Shown here piece after piece: positions 18,454-25,544 of a stretch of 42,872 nucleotides of DNA. Positions within the stretch are counted from its first letter, which is position 1. Every line of letters starts with the position of its first letter. The notes under the pieces were generated by a model. The model was given only the letters and a program-made list of their open reading frames with translations. It searched no databases and had not been told where the DNA came from. The DNA comes from Spirochaetales bacterium (GTDB taxonomy: Bacteria; Spirochaetota; Spirochaetia; UBA9216). The DNA lies in the NCBI GenBank assembly GCA_031273605.1, contig JAISRN010000179.1, forward strand, positions 1 through 42,872, in the 5' to 3' direction. A program made the translations under genes and the position numbers.

Positions 18454-19406
18454 TCCTCCTTCATTTTAAAAACAATTTTGCTTGAGCGAAAATCAAGCTC
18501 CTCCAGCAAAGGACTCATGTTTTCCCGTTCCGCCATGTCCAGCGCCATGAGCATATTTTTCATCAGATTCTCGCTAATCCGGGAACCAATCCTGGCTCTG
18601 GTACGAAAATTATTTAAAAAAACCAGAACCTCAAAATCGGCGCCCTCCTTACGAATGAATTTTAATTCCGAAATCAAATCAAACAAAACCGGAGACCCGC
18701 TTTTTAACTGGGAAAGGTCTTTAAGAAAAAAAATCAGATCTCCGGGAAGTTTGACTCCCGCCCGGGGATCGGGGAATCTGACCCCCGAAATTACCGGCAG
18801 GTTTGAATAATCCCCCAGGTCCTCCCAAGAGGCCTTAAAAACGACTCCCTCATCGTCAAACACCAGGGGAATAAGACCTTCCTGACGCCCCTCCAGGGCC
18901 ACACCCAGGGGGCGGCGGCAGTGGAGAAGGATTTCCAGGGTATCGGGAAAATGCTTTATGATCCGGGCCTGGGCCACCCCGGGATGCCTTAACAGATTAT
19001 TCTGGGCGGAGGAAATATCCACCCCCAGATAAGAAAGGGTTCCGGTGAGTCCGGAAAGCCTAAGAATTTCCTGGTCGGAAAGGGTAATGCCCTCCTCCGC
19101 CTTGATTCGGATAGTACGAATCACCAGCCTGGGGGCCAGAACAAAATGGTAACAGAGTTCGCAGAAAATAACCGCCAGAAAAAGGCAAATGAGAATTTTA
19201 AAAAACCTGTTGAGCCTTTGCCGGCCTTCGGCTTCCCGGCGGAAAGCCAAGGCTTCGCTCTCCGGCAGATAGCGCCGGGTCCGGGCGGGTTCGGCGAAGG
19301 GGGCCACCCAGGGGCTCTCCCGAAACTCCCGGAGGAATCCTTCGGAGTTTTGTTCCGGCCTTAAGGGATGTTCCCTGCCGTAACCGGAGGGGGTCAGGTT
19401 ACTCAC
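18450..19406 (-). CDS. ftsQ: FtsQ/DivIB-like cell division protein (cytoplasmic tail, single TM, POTRA-like region)
   Basis: 318 aa. TM ILICLFLAVIFCELCYHFVL followed by a POTRA-like IRTIRIKAEEGITLSDQEILRLSGL. Sits between ftsW and ftsA, with GTGA and ATGA couplings. Confidence 0.6.
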   Translation of the reverse strand: MSNLTPSGYGREHPLRPEQNSEGFLREFRESPWVAPFAEPARTRRYLPESEALAFRREAEGRQRLNRFFKILICLFLAVIFCELCYHFVLAPRLVIRTIRIKAEEGITLSDQEILRLSGLTGTLSYLGVDISSAQNNLLRHPGVAQARIIKHFPDTLEILLHCRRPLGVALEGRQEGLIPLVFDDEGVVFKASWEDLGDYSNLPVISGVRFPDPRAGVKLPGDLIFFLKDLSQLKSGSPVLFDLISELKFIRKEGADFEVLVFLNNFRTRARIGSRISENLMKNMLMALDMAERENMSPLLEELDFRSSKIVFKMKEE

Positions 19407-20623
19407 GGGGCGCCTCCCGTCCGGAAAGCCCTATCTCCTGCCTTATGCTTGAGTTTTGAGGGAAGGGAGTCCGGCCCTTGATGCCGCCGGTGGTTTGGGG
19501 AGGCCGGAATGCGGGAAATATTTATCAAAAACCCGGCCATAATGAAGGCGGACAAGAGGGCGGACCCCCCGGCGGAAAAAAAGGGCAGGGGAATCCCCGT
19601 GGCGGGAACCAAGCCGATAACCACGGCCATGTTGCACAGGGCCTGAAACAAAATAGCGCAGGAATAGCCCATCCCCAGGAGGTACAGAAAGGTGTCCCCC
19701 GAATGATAGGCCAGCCAAAACCCCCGGAGGGCAAAAAGAACAAACAGCACCACCACCGCCAGAACCCCAAAAAATCCTATCTCCTCCCCCAGGGAGGCAA
19801 AAATAAAATCTGATTGAACCTCAGGCAGGGCGCCCAGTTTTTTGATTCCCCGGCCCAGCCCCACGCCCCAAAGGCTGCCCCGGCTTAAGGCGGATTGGGA
19901 AGCTATTAACTGGTACCCGGTTCCCTCCGGATCGGAGTTGGGAAGGAAAAAGCTGACAAGCCGCATCACCCGGTGCTCCTTTGAAACCAGCATGAGGGCC
20001 GCCATGAGCGCCATGGTGCCCAGGAGGGCAAAAATAACGGGCATCCGGACCCTGGCAATAAAGAAGATCAGCAGCATGATGAGCAGCACCATGGCCCCCG
20101 TGGAATAATCATTCTGCAAAACGATGATGATAACGGCTAATAAAAAACTAGCCACCAGGGGGGGGACAATAACATTGCCAAAATCCTGCAGCCGGTCCTC
20201 GTTGCGGGCAAAGAGGTTGGCCAGGTGAAGCACCAGAACAGCCTTGGCCAGCTCCGAAGGCTGGATGGACACGGGGCCGATAAAAAACCAGCGCCGGGCC
20301 CCCATGATCTCATTTCCCAGGCCGGGAATCAGGGGGCAGAGGTTTAAAAGAAGGATAATAAGAAAGAGAATCCCCGAATGTCCCCTAAGCCAATCCAGGG
20401 AAATCCGGGAAGTTAAAAAAGCCAGAGCTCCCCCGGCGGCAAGAAATAAAACTTGCTTTTTAATAAAAAAATAAGGATCCCCCATAAGGAGCATTCCCAC
20501 ATGATAGCTTGAAGAAAACAGAGCCGCCAATCCTATGCCGGAAAGGATAATGAGAGAGAAGACAAGCAGAATGTCCCCTTGATTTTTTTCCGGTATTCTT
20601 TCCAACACAAACCGGCTGCTCAA
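19403..20623 (-). CDS. ftsW: SEDS-family peptidoglycan glycosyltransferase FtsW
   Basis: 406 aa polytopic membrane protein with FtsW/RodA/SpoVE motifs (QPSELAK, LPEVQSDFIFA, GIPLPFFSAGGSA). dcw context. TTG start with TAAGGAG RBS. Confidence 0.9.
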   Translation of the reverse strand: MSSRFVLERIPEKNQGDILLVFSLIILSGIGLAALFSSSYHVGMLLMGDPYFFIKKQVLFLAAGGALAFLTSRISLDWLRGHSGILFLIILLLNLCPLIPGLGNEIMGARRWFFIGPVSIQPSELAKAVLVLHLANLFARNEDRLQDFGNVIVPPLVASFLLAVIIIVLQNDYSTGAMVLLIMLLIFFIARVRMPVIFALLGTMALMAALMLVSKEHRVMRLVSFFLPNSDPEGTGYQLIASQSALSRGSLWGVGLGRGIKKLGALPEVQSDFIFASLGEEIGFFGVLAVVVLFVLFALRGFWLAYHSGDTFLYLLGMGYSCAILFQALCNMAVVIGLVPATGIPLPFFSAGGSALLSAFIMAGFLINISRIPASPNHRRHQGPDSLPSKLKHKAGDRAFRTGGAP

Positions 20624-20633
20624 TTTTAGCTCC

Positions 20634-21713
20634 TTACTGCAATTTAAGCGTAGACAAACTCAAAATCAAAAACAGGCCGCCCAAAATCCAAAAACGGATA
20701 ACCAGTCGTGATTCTTGTGTACCCTTCAACTCATAGTGATGGTGTAGGGGACTCATCAACAATAGCCTTTTCCCCTTCCACTTAAACCACACAACCTGAA
20801 TAATAACCGACAGCATCTCTATAACAAAAACCCCTCCCACTATCAGGATAAGGATTTCTTTCTTGATAAGGAGAGCCAGGGTTCCGATAACGCCTCCCAA
20901 AGCGAGGCTTCCCGTATCGCCCATAAACAGATCGGCGGGGGGAGCATTGTGCCAAAGAAAACCAATGCAGGCCCCCGCCAAAGCCAGGGACACCACGGCC
21001 AACTCCCCCGTACCCGCTATGTAAGGCACCTGCAGATAGGCGGAAAAATCCGACCGTCCCGTTATGTAACAGAGCACCCCCAGCGCCACGGTTACCAGAA
21101 GCAGGAGCCCCGAGGCAAGGCCGTCCAAACCATCGGTAAGGTTGACCGCATTGGAAAGGCCGGTAAGGTAGAGCATCCCGAAGGGTATGTAAAACCAGGA
21201 AAGATCCAGAACGGCGTTCTTAAAAAAGGGTATATAGAGACGGGTGGTTTGCTCATTCCGGTTAAAGTACAAAACAAGCACGATCCCCAAAGAAAGGATC
21301 AACTGTAAAAGCAATTTTAACCGCGGCCTTAGACCATCGGAATTTTTCCGGGAAATTTTAAGATAATCGTCCAAAAAGCCGATGGCGCCGAAAAGCAAAA
21401 AAGCCCCCAGGGCAAGCCACACCTGCCAGTTAAAAAAATCCTGCCACAGAATCATCGAAACAAAAACGGAAAATAGTATCAAAAGCCCCCCCATGGTGGG
21501 GGTTCCGGATTTGGCCAGATGGCTTTGGGGCCCGTCCGCCCTTATGGCCTGGGTAAGTTTCCAGCCTTTGAGGGTTTTTATCAAATAGGGCCCAAAACAA
21601 AGGCTCAAAAAAAGGGAAGTTACCGCCGCATAGGCCGCCCTAAAAGTAATGTATTGAAATATATTAAAAAATGAAAAAACATTTACCAAGGGCAGCAGAA
21701 ATTGTTTAAACAT
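20634..21713 (-). CDS. mraY: phospho-N-acetylmuramoyl-pentapeptide transferase MraY
   Basis: 359 aa. Conserved GTPTMGG, NAVNLTDGLDGLA, MGDTGSLALGG and HHHYE motifs. Confidence 0.97.
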   Translation of the reverse strand: MFKQFLLPLVNVFSFFNIFQYITFRAAYAAVTSLFLSLCFGPYLIKTLKGWKLTQAIRADGPQSHLAKSGTPTMGGLLILFSVFVSMILWQDFFNWQVWLALGAFLLFGAIGFLDDYLKISRKNSDGLRPRLKLLLQLILSLGIVLVLYFNRNEQTTRLYIPFFKNAVLDLSWFYIPFGMLYLTGLSNAVNLTDGLDGLASGLLLLVTVALGVLCYITGRSDFSAYLQVPYIAGTGELAVVSLALAGACIGFLWHNAPPADLFMGDTGSLALGGVIGTLALLIKKEILILIVGGVFVIEMLSVIIQVVWFKWKGKRLLLMSPLHHHYELKGTQESRLVIRFWILGGLFLILSLSTLKLQ

Positions 21714-23136
21714 TGCATCCCTCCAAAACCGGTTTAAGCCGTTCCAACTCCGTTCCCCGGGACCCCTTCAGATATACCAGGTCCCCGGTCCGGATAAGAG
21801 ATTTAACTCCCCTGGCCAAATCGGAAAAATTGTCCGAATGATAAAAGCGTCCTGAATCCCCCACTTCGGCGTAAGCCTCTTCCATATCCCGGCCAAACAG
21901 GAACCCCCCGGCAAAGCCGCTCTCCCCTATCCGCCGCCCCAGTTCCCGGTGGAGCGGGGCCGCCTGGCCGCCCAGCTCGCCCATAGCCCCGGCGACCAAA
22001 ATTTTCCGCCCCGCCCAGGGAAGCTCTTTACAAAATTCCAGCCCTCCGAAAAAAGATTCGGGGCTTGCGTTGTAATAATCTAAAATCAAAGTAACCGGCC
22101 CCCGGACAACCTCTCCCCGGCCGGGCAGGGGACTGATCCCCTTAAGCCCCTCCAGCACATCCTCCCCGGAGGCCCCCAGGTACAGCGCCACCTGGGCGGC
22201 CCCCAGAGCGGTGGCCGCGTTATGCCGCCCCAAAAGGCCAAGCCTAACGCTGCCGGCTTTAAAATGAAGGTTAAAACCTTCCAAGCCCAGGTTCTCGGCC
22301 CGGAGAAAACCCGGCGTCTGTTCCGGGGCCAGGGGATAAACCGGCGCCGGAACTCCCTCTTTTAAAAAATTAAAAAAGGGATCCCCCCCGGGGACAAAGC
22401 CCGCGTTGTCTCCCCCGGGACCGGCGGCGGGCTCCCGGGGTTCCCCCAGATACCGGAAGATATTTTTCTTCTCCCTGGCAATCCCCTCCCGGGACCCGAA
22501 AAAACCAATGTGGGCAGCCCCAATCCCGGTGATCACCCCCACCTGGGGAGCAAAAATGCCGGCAAGCAATTCCATCTCCCCGGGGCGGTTAATTCCCATT
22601 TCCAGGATGCCAAAGGCATCCCCGGGCTTGATGGACAGGAGGGCCGCCGGCAGCCCTATCTCGGAGTTAAGGTTTCCGGGATTAACCGTAACGGAGGCGC
22701 TCCGGCCCAGGATTTTCCCCAGGATCGATTTAAAACTGCTTTTTCCGCTGGAGCCCGACACCCCTACTCTACGGACGGATCCCAAGCGGCTGCGCCGGTA
22801 GGACCCGGCAAAATCCTGCAAAGCCCGCAGGGGTTCCGGGGCGGCGATAAAGGCCTTTTCGGGAAAGGCCCCGGCCCACCGGGCCCCCCGGACCTCCCAG
22901 GCCTCCCGGCTCACCACCGCTCCCCCCGCGCCGGCGGAAAGGGCCGGGGCGACAAAATCGTGGCCATCCACCCGCTCCCCCCGGAGGGCCACAAAAAGGG
23001 CCCCGGAGGAAGAGCCGGGGAGAAGCCGGGAATCCAGAGCCACCCCGGAAAAACTCCCCTCCCCCGGCCCGGCGGCCAGGCGGCACCCCGGAGAGGACCG
23101 GGCAAAGTTACTAAAGGTAAAAAAGGGGCTATCCAT
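21706..23136 (-). CDS. murF: UDP-MurNAc-tripeptide--D-Ala-D-Ala ligase MurF (start moved to the internal ATG)
   Basis: Mur ligase P-loop GVSGSSGKSS and Mur ligase middle and C-terminal domains. The ATG at 23136 (MDSPFFTF) has AGGGGGG upstream and overlaps the ftsL stop by 8 nt. The ORF-track TTG at 23184 would overlap ftsL by 56 nt. Confidence 0.9.
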   Translation of the reverse strand: MDSPFFTFSNFARSSPGCRLAAGPGEGSFSGVALDSRLLPGSSSGALFVALRGERVDGHDFVAPALSAGAGGAVVSREAWEVRGARWAGAFPEKAFIAAPEPLRALQDFAGSYRRSRLGSVRRVGVSGSSGKSSFKSILGKILGRSASVTVNPGNLNSEIGLPAALLSIKPGDAFGILEMGINRPGEMELLAGIFAPQVGVITGIGAAHIGFFGSREGIAREKKNIFRYLGEPREPAAGPGGDNAGFVPGGDPFFNFLKEGVPAPVYPLAPEQTPGFLRAENLGLEGFNLHFKAGSVRLGLLGRHNAATALGAAQVALYLGASGEDVLEGLKGISPLPGRGEVVRGPVTLILDYYNASPESFFGGLEFCKELPWAGRKILVAGAMGELGGQAAPLHRELGRRIGESGFAGGFLFGRDMEEAYAEVGDSGRFYHSDNFSDLARGVKSLIRTGDLVYLKGSRGTELERLKPVLEGCNV

Positions 23137-23434
23137 CTTCACCCCCCTGGGGTCCGCCGTCGGCCTCCCCCTCCGGAAGGACAACCCTAATCACCCGGCT
23201 GGGATCAATCTTTTCCAGCTCCAGTTCCCGGGAGATCTGATCTATCCGCCGGGGAGAGCTTAGGTACTCAATGCCGATGATCTGCCGCTTATTCTGTTCA
23301 AAGAGCTCCCGCTGGCGGCCCTCCAGGACCTCCACATCGGCCTTGAGGGTTTCAAAGGTAAAGGCCTGCCACACCGAAAAAAAACAAATTCCGGCCACCG
23401 AGAGGGCTATGAAGATAAGCGCTATTTTTTTCAT
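23129..23434 (-). CDS. ftsL: FtsL-like small bitopic division protein
   Basis: ~101 aa. N-terminal TM (IALIFIALSVAGICFF) then coiled coil. Lies between rsmH and murF. GGAGGA RBS. Confidence 0.6.
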   Translation of the reverse strand: MKKIALIFIALSVAGICFFSVWQAFTFETLKADVEVLEGRQRELFEQNKRQIIGIEYLSSPRRIDQISRELELEKIDPSRVIRVVLPEGEADGGPQGGEDG

Positions 23435-23464
23435 CAATCCTCCGGGCGGCCCTTTCCGCCCTTT

Positions 23465-24379
23465 TCAAATTTTCTCCGCCACCCGGAACTTGGCGCTCCG
23501 GCTGGGGGGATTAAAAACCCTCTCCTCCTCCCCGGGAATGATGGGCTTTTTAGTCAGGATTCGCAGAACAGCCCCGTCCCCGGTCTCCGGCTCCAGGGCC
23601 TTTCCCTTAAAAAAAGTCTTTACCAGGCGGTCCTCCAGGGAATGAAAGGAGATGACCCCTATCCGCCCTCCCGGTTTAAGCCACCCCACCGCGTTTTCCA
23701 GGGCGCTCTCCAGCCTGTCCAACTCCGAGTTCACGACAATCCGGAGGGCCATAAAAACCCCGGTGGCCGGGTGAATCCGCCGATGCCTGCGGGCCTCCGG
23801 GGCGGCCCGGCGCAGAATCTCCCCCAGTTCCCTGGCGGTAGACACCGGTTTCCCGGCCCTGGCCATGACGATGGCCCGGGCAAACCTCCGGGCCATCGGT
23901 TCCTCCCCAAACCGGAAAAAAATGTCCGCCAATTTTTTTTCGGAAAAGGAATTCACGATCTTTCCGGCGGTCAGGTCCAGACCGGGGTTAAGCCTCATAT
24001 CCAGGGGCTCCTCGGCGGTAAGGGAAAATCCCCGGCCCGAACCGGCGTAATGAAAAATCGAAATCCCCAGATCCAAAAGAATCCGGTCGGCCTTTTCCCC
24101 GGAAGCGGGGGTTTTAAAAAATTGATCAAACCAGGTTTCAAAAAACCGGACCCGGCCGGGAGCCCCTTCGGCAAAGGGCGCCAGCCGCAGCCGGGCGGTG
24201 GAAAGTACTTGAGGATCGGCGTCAATTCCAATGAGCGACAAAGTGGGACAGGCTTTTAAAAACATTTCCCCGTGTCCCCCTTCTCCCAGTGTTGCGTCTA
24301 TCAGAAGCCCGCCGTCTCCCTCCGGTCTTAACCACTCAAAAACTTCCGCTTTAAGTACCGGTTGGTGTACAATTTTCAT
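23465..24379 (-). CDS. rsmH: 16S rRNA (cytosine1402-N4)-methyltransferase RsmH/MraW
   Basis: 304 aa. HQPVL, DATLGEGGH, DLGISIFH and FHSLEDR motifs. Confidence 0.95.
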   Translation of the reverse strand: MKIVHQPVLKAEVFEWLRPEGDGGLLIDATLGEGGHGEMFLKACPTLSLIGIDADPQVLSTARLRLAPFAEGAPGRVRFFETWFDQFFKTPASGEKADRILLDLGISIFHYAGSGRGFSLTAEEPLDMRLNPGLDLTAGKIVNSFSEKKLADIFFRFGEEPMARRFARAIVMARAGKPVSTARELGEILRRAAPEARRHRRIHPATGVFMALRIVVNSELDRLESALENAVGWLKPGGRIGVISFHSLEDRLVKTFFKGKALEPETGDGAVLRILTKKPIIPGEEERVFNPPSRSAKFRVAEKI

Positions 24380-24391
24380 AATTTACTTTCA

Positions 24392-24880
24392 CTATTTAAG
24401 GTTTGACTCCTCCTTTTTGAGTTTCCCTTCGGGAAAGTGGATCCGGTCCCCCAAATCCTCCGCCGCCTCAACCAACTCCTCATCGCTGGCTTCCAGATAC
24501 CTTTCATACTCCTCCCGGTCCCAGACCTCTATCCGGGAGATACACACCAAAAGTTTCACATCCCGGGTTAACCCCGCGGCATCCCGGAGGGACTGGGGAA
24601 TGATGATCCGGTTTGAGCGATCAAGCTCGCAGGTAGTGGCCGGGGCCAGGAGACGGCGCTCCAGTACCCTGGTTTTTGCGTTGAAGAGGGACGTGTTGGC
24701 CCTGATCTGCTCGGAGATAATTTTCCATTCCGAAGGGCCGAAAAGCCAAAGACAGCGAAACTGATCCACCCCCCGGGTAACGGTAAAAGTCCGTTCCTCC
24801 CCAAAGGCGGCTCTGACTTTGGCCGGAATGAACAGCCGGCCTTTCTCGTCCAGAGTTACGTTATGTTCCCCATCAAGCAT
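24392..24880 (-). CDS. mraZ: transcriptional regulator MraZ
   Basis: 162 aa. Two SpoVT/AbrB-like MraZ repeats, with LDEKGRLFIP and LDRSNRIIIP. First gene of the dcw cluster. Confidence 0.95.
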   Translation of the reverse strand: MLDGEHNVTLDEKGRLFIPAKVRAAFGEERTFTVTRGVDQFRCLWLFGPSEWKIISEQIRANTSLFNAKTRVLERRLLAPATTCELDRSNRIIIPQSLRDAAGLTRDVKLLVCISRIEVWDREEYERYLEASDEELVEAAEDLGDRIHFPEGKLKKEESNLK

Positions 24881-24896
24881 GGCAGTCAGCCCTAGT

Positions 24897-25035
24897 TATG
24901 GGAAAAAATCCCACTTTTTGGTATTTGCTCAGCGCATACCTACATAATAACAGGAAATATGGGAATAGCAAGGCTTGGATTCCGCCTTTCCCCCCTTTTT
25001 TTTAAAGTTTCCAAAAAAAAATCCGATAATGGGAA
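24897..25035. promoter_or_regulatory. mraZ upstream region with repeated (A/T)ATGGGAA motifs; candidate MraZ boxes and promoter
   Basis: TATGGGAA at 24897-24904 (paired with an inverted TCCCA at ~24909-24913, forming TGGGA-A5-TCCCA). TATGGGAAT at 24958-24966. AATGGGAAT at 25028-25036. T8/A9 tracts between them. Confidence 0.25.
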
Positions 25036-25071
25036 TTTCCGGTTACATTTGTGAAGTACTTTTAAAAACCG

Positions 25072-25104
25072 GCGCAGGCCCCTTGAATAACCGGGGCGCT
25101 TTTT
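25072..25104. terminator. GC-rich bulged hairpin flanked by T-runs on both strands (candidate bidirectional terminator or insulator upstream of the 83-aa ORF)
   Basis: GCGCAGGCCCC-ttgaataacc-GGGGCGC followed by TTTTT on the plus strand. The minus-strand reading is followed by cggTTTTT. Imperfect stem. Confidence 0.3.
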
Positions 25105-25116
25105 CCATAATGAACC

Positions 25117-25368
25117 ATGACACTCTACTCCCGGCGCATCATCTTTCCCGAGGGGGACGAGCAGGAAGCCCCGGTACCCCTGGCCATTGGCACGGTGGTC
25201 GATCAAAACGGGCATCCCCTGGCCCTGCCCTTGAGTTCTCCCAAGATTTTAGCCTACCGGGTCTTCCGAATCCGTACCCGGGAAGCCATAGGAGAGGAGG
25301 TTGCCTGCTATTTTTTGGAGCGCCTGGGGCTGGCGGAAACCCTGCCCCTGACCGATAGGGAATTTTAA
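25117..25368 (+). CDS. hypothetical 83-aa protein, no family recognised
   Basis: Balanced amino-acid composition and G/C third-position bias like neighbouring genes, whereas the overlapping frames are Gly/Pro/Arg-rich junk. No Shine-Dalgarno before the ATG. The stop TAA is the first 3 nt of the repeat element. Confidence 0.45.
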   Translation: MTLYSRRIIFPEGDEQEAPVPLAIGTVVDQNGHPLALPLSSPKILAYRVFRIRTREAIGEEVACYFLERLGLAETLPLTDREF

Positions 25369-25543
25369 CCACGGACCTCACGGGCAGAGAGGAGGAGGAG
25401 GAGAAACCACGAAAGGCGCGAAAATCCGCGAAAGGGAAAAGAGAGTCCGGACCTCCCCTTGGTCCTTGGTGGTGAGAATTCTTATTATTAAAAATCTTAG
25501 TGGGTCCTGTCCACCTATTTTCGCGTTTTCCGCGGTTATTCTT
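25366..25543 (+). repeat. REP/MITE-like structured intergenic repeat, copy A (composite)
   Basis: Starts with TAACCACGGACC (25366-25377). Purine-rich (GAG)n tract. Core AACCACGAAAGGCGCGAAAATCCGCGAAAGG (25405-25435). Degenerate inverted terminus GGTCCTTGGTGG (25461-25472). Inverted partial core ATTTTCGCGTTTTCCGCGGTT (25517-25537). Homologous to copy B at 42542-42688. Confidence 0.7.
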
Positions 25544-25544
25544 G

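Noticed and set aside
22406-23190. Plus-strand ORFs (131 aa and 226 aa) antisense to murF, and similar ones opposite the methyltransferase (27941-28711), fliH (2993-3697) and xerC (9976-10467)
   Set aside because: Same reasoning: Pro/Gly/Arg-rich products, no RBS, and opposite genes with clear family motifs.
25387-25403. (GAG)n / GGAGGAGGAGGAGGAG purine microsatellite, considered as a CRISPR-like or phase-variation tract
   Set aside because: It is a single short tract inside the intergenic repeat element, not in a coding region or promoter spacer, with no repeat-spacer periodicity. It is recorded only as part of repeat copy A.
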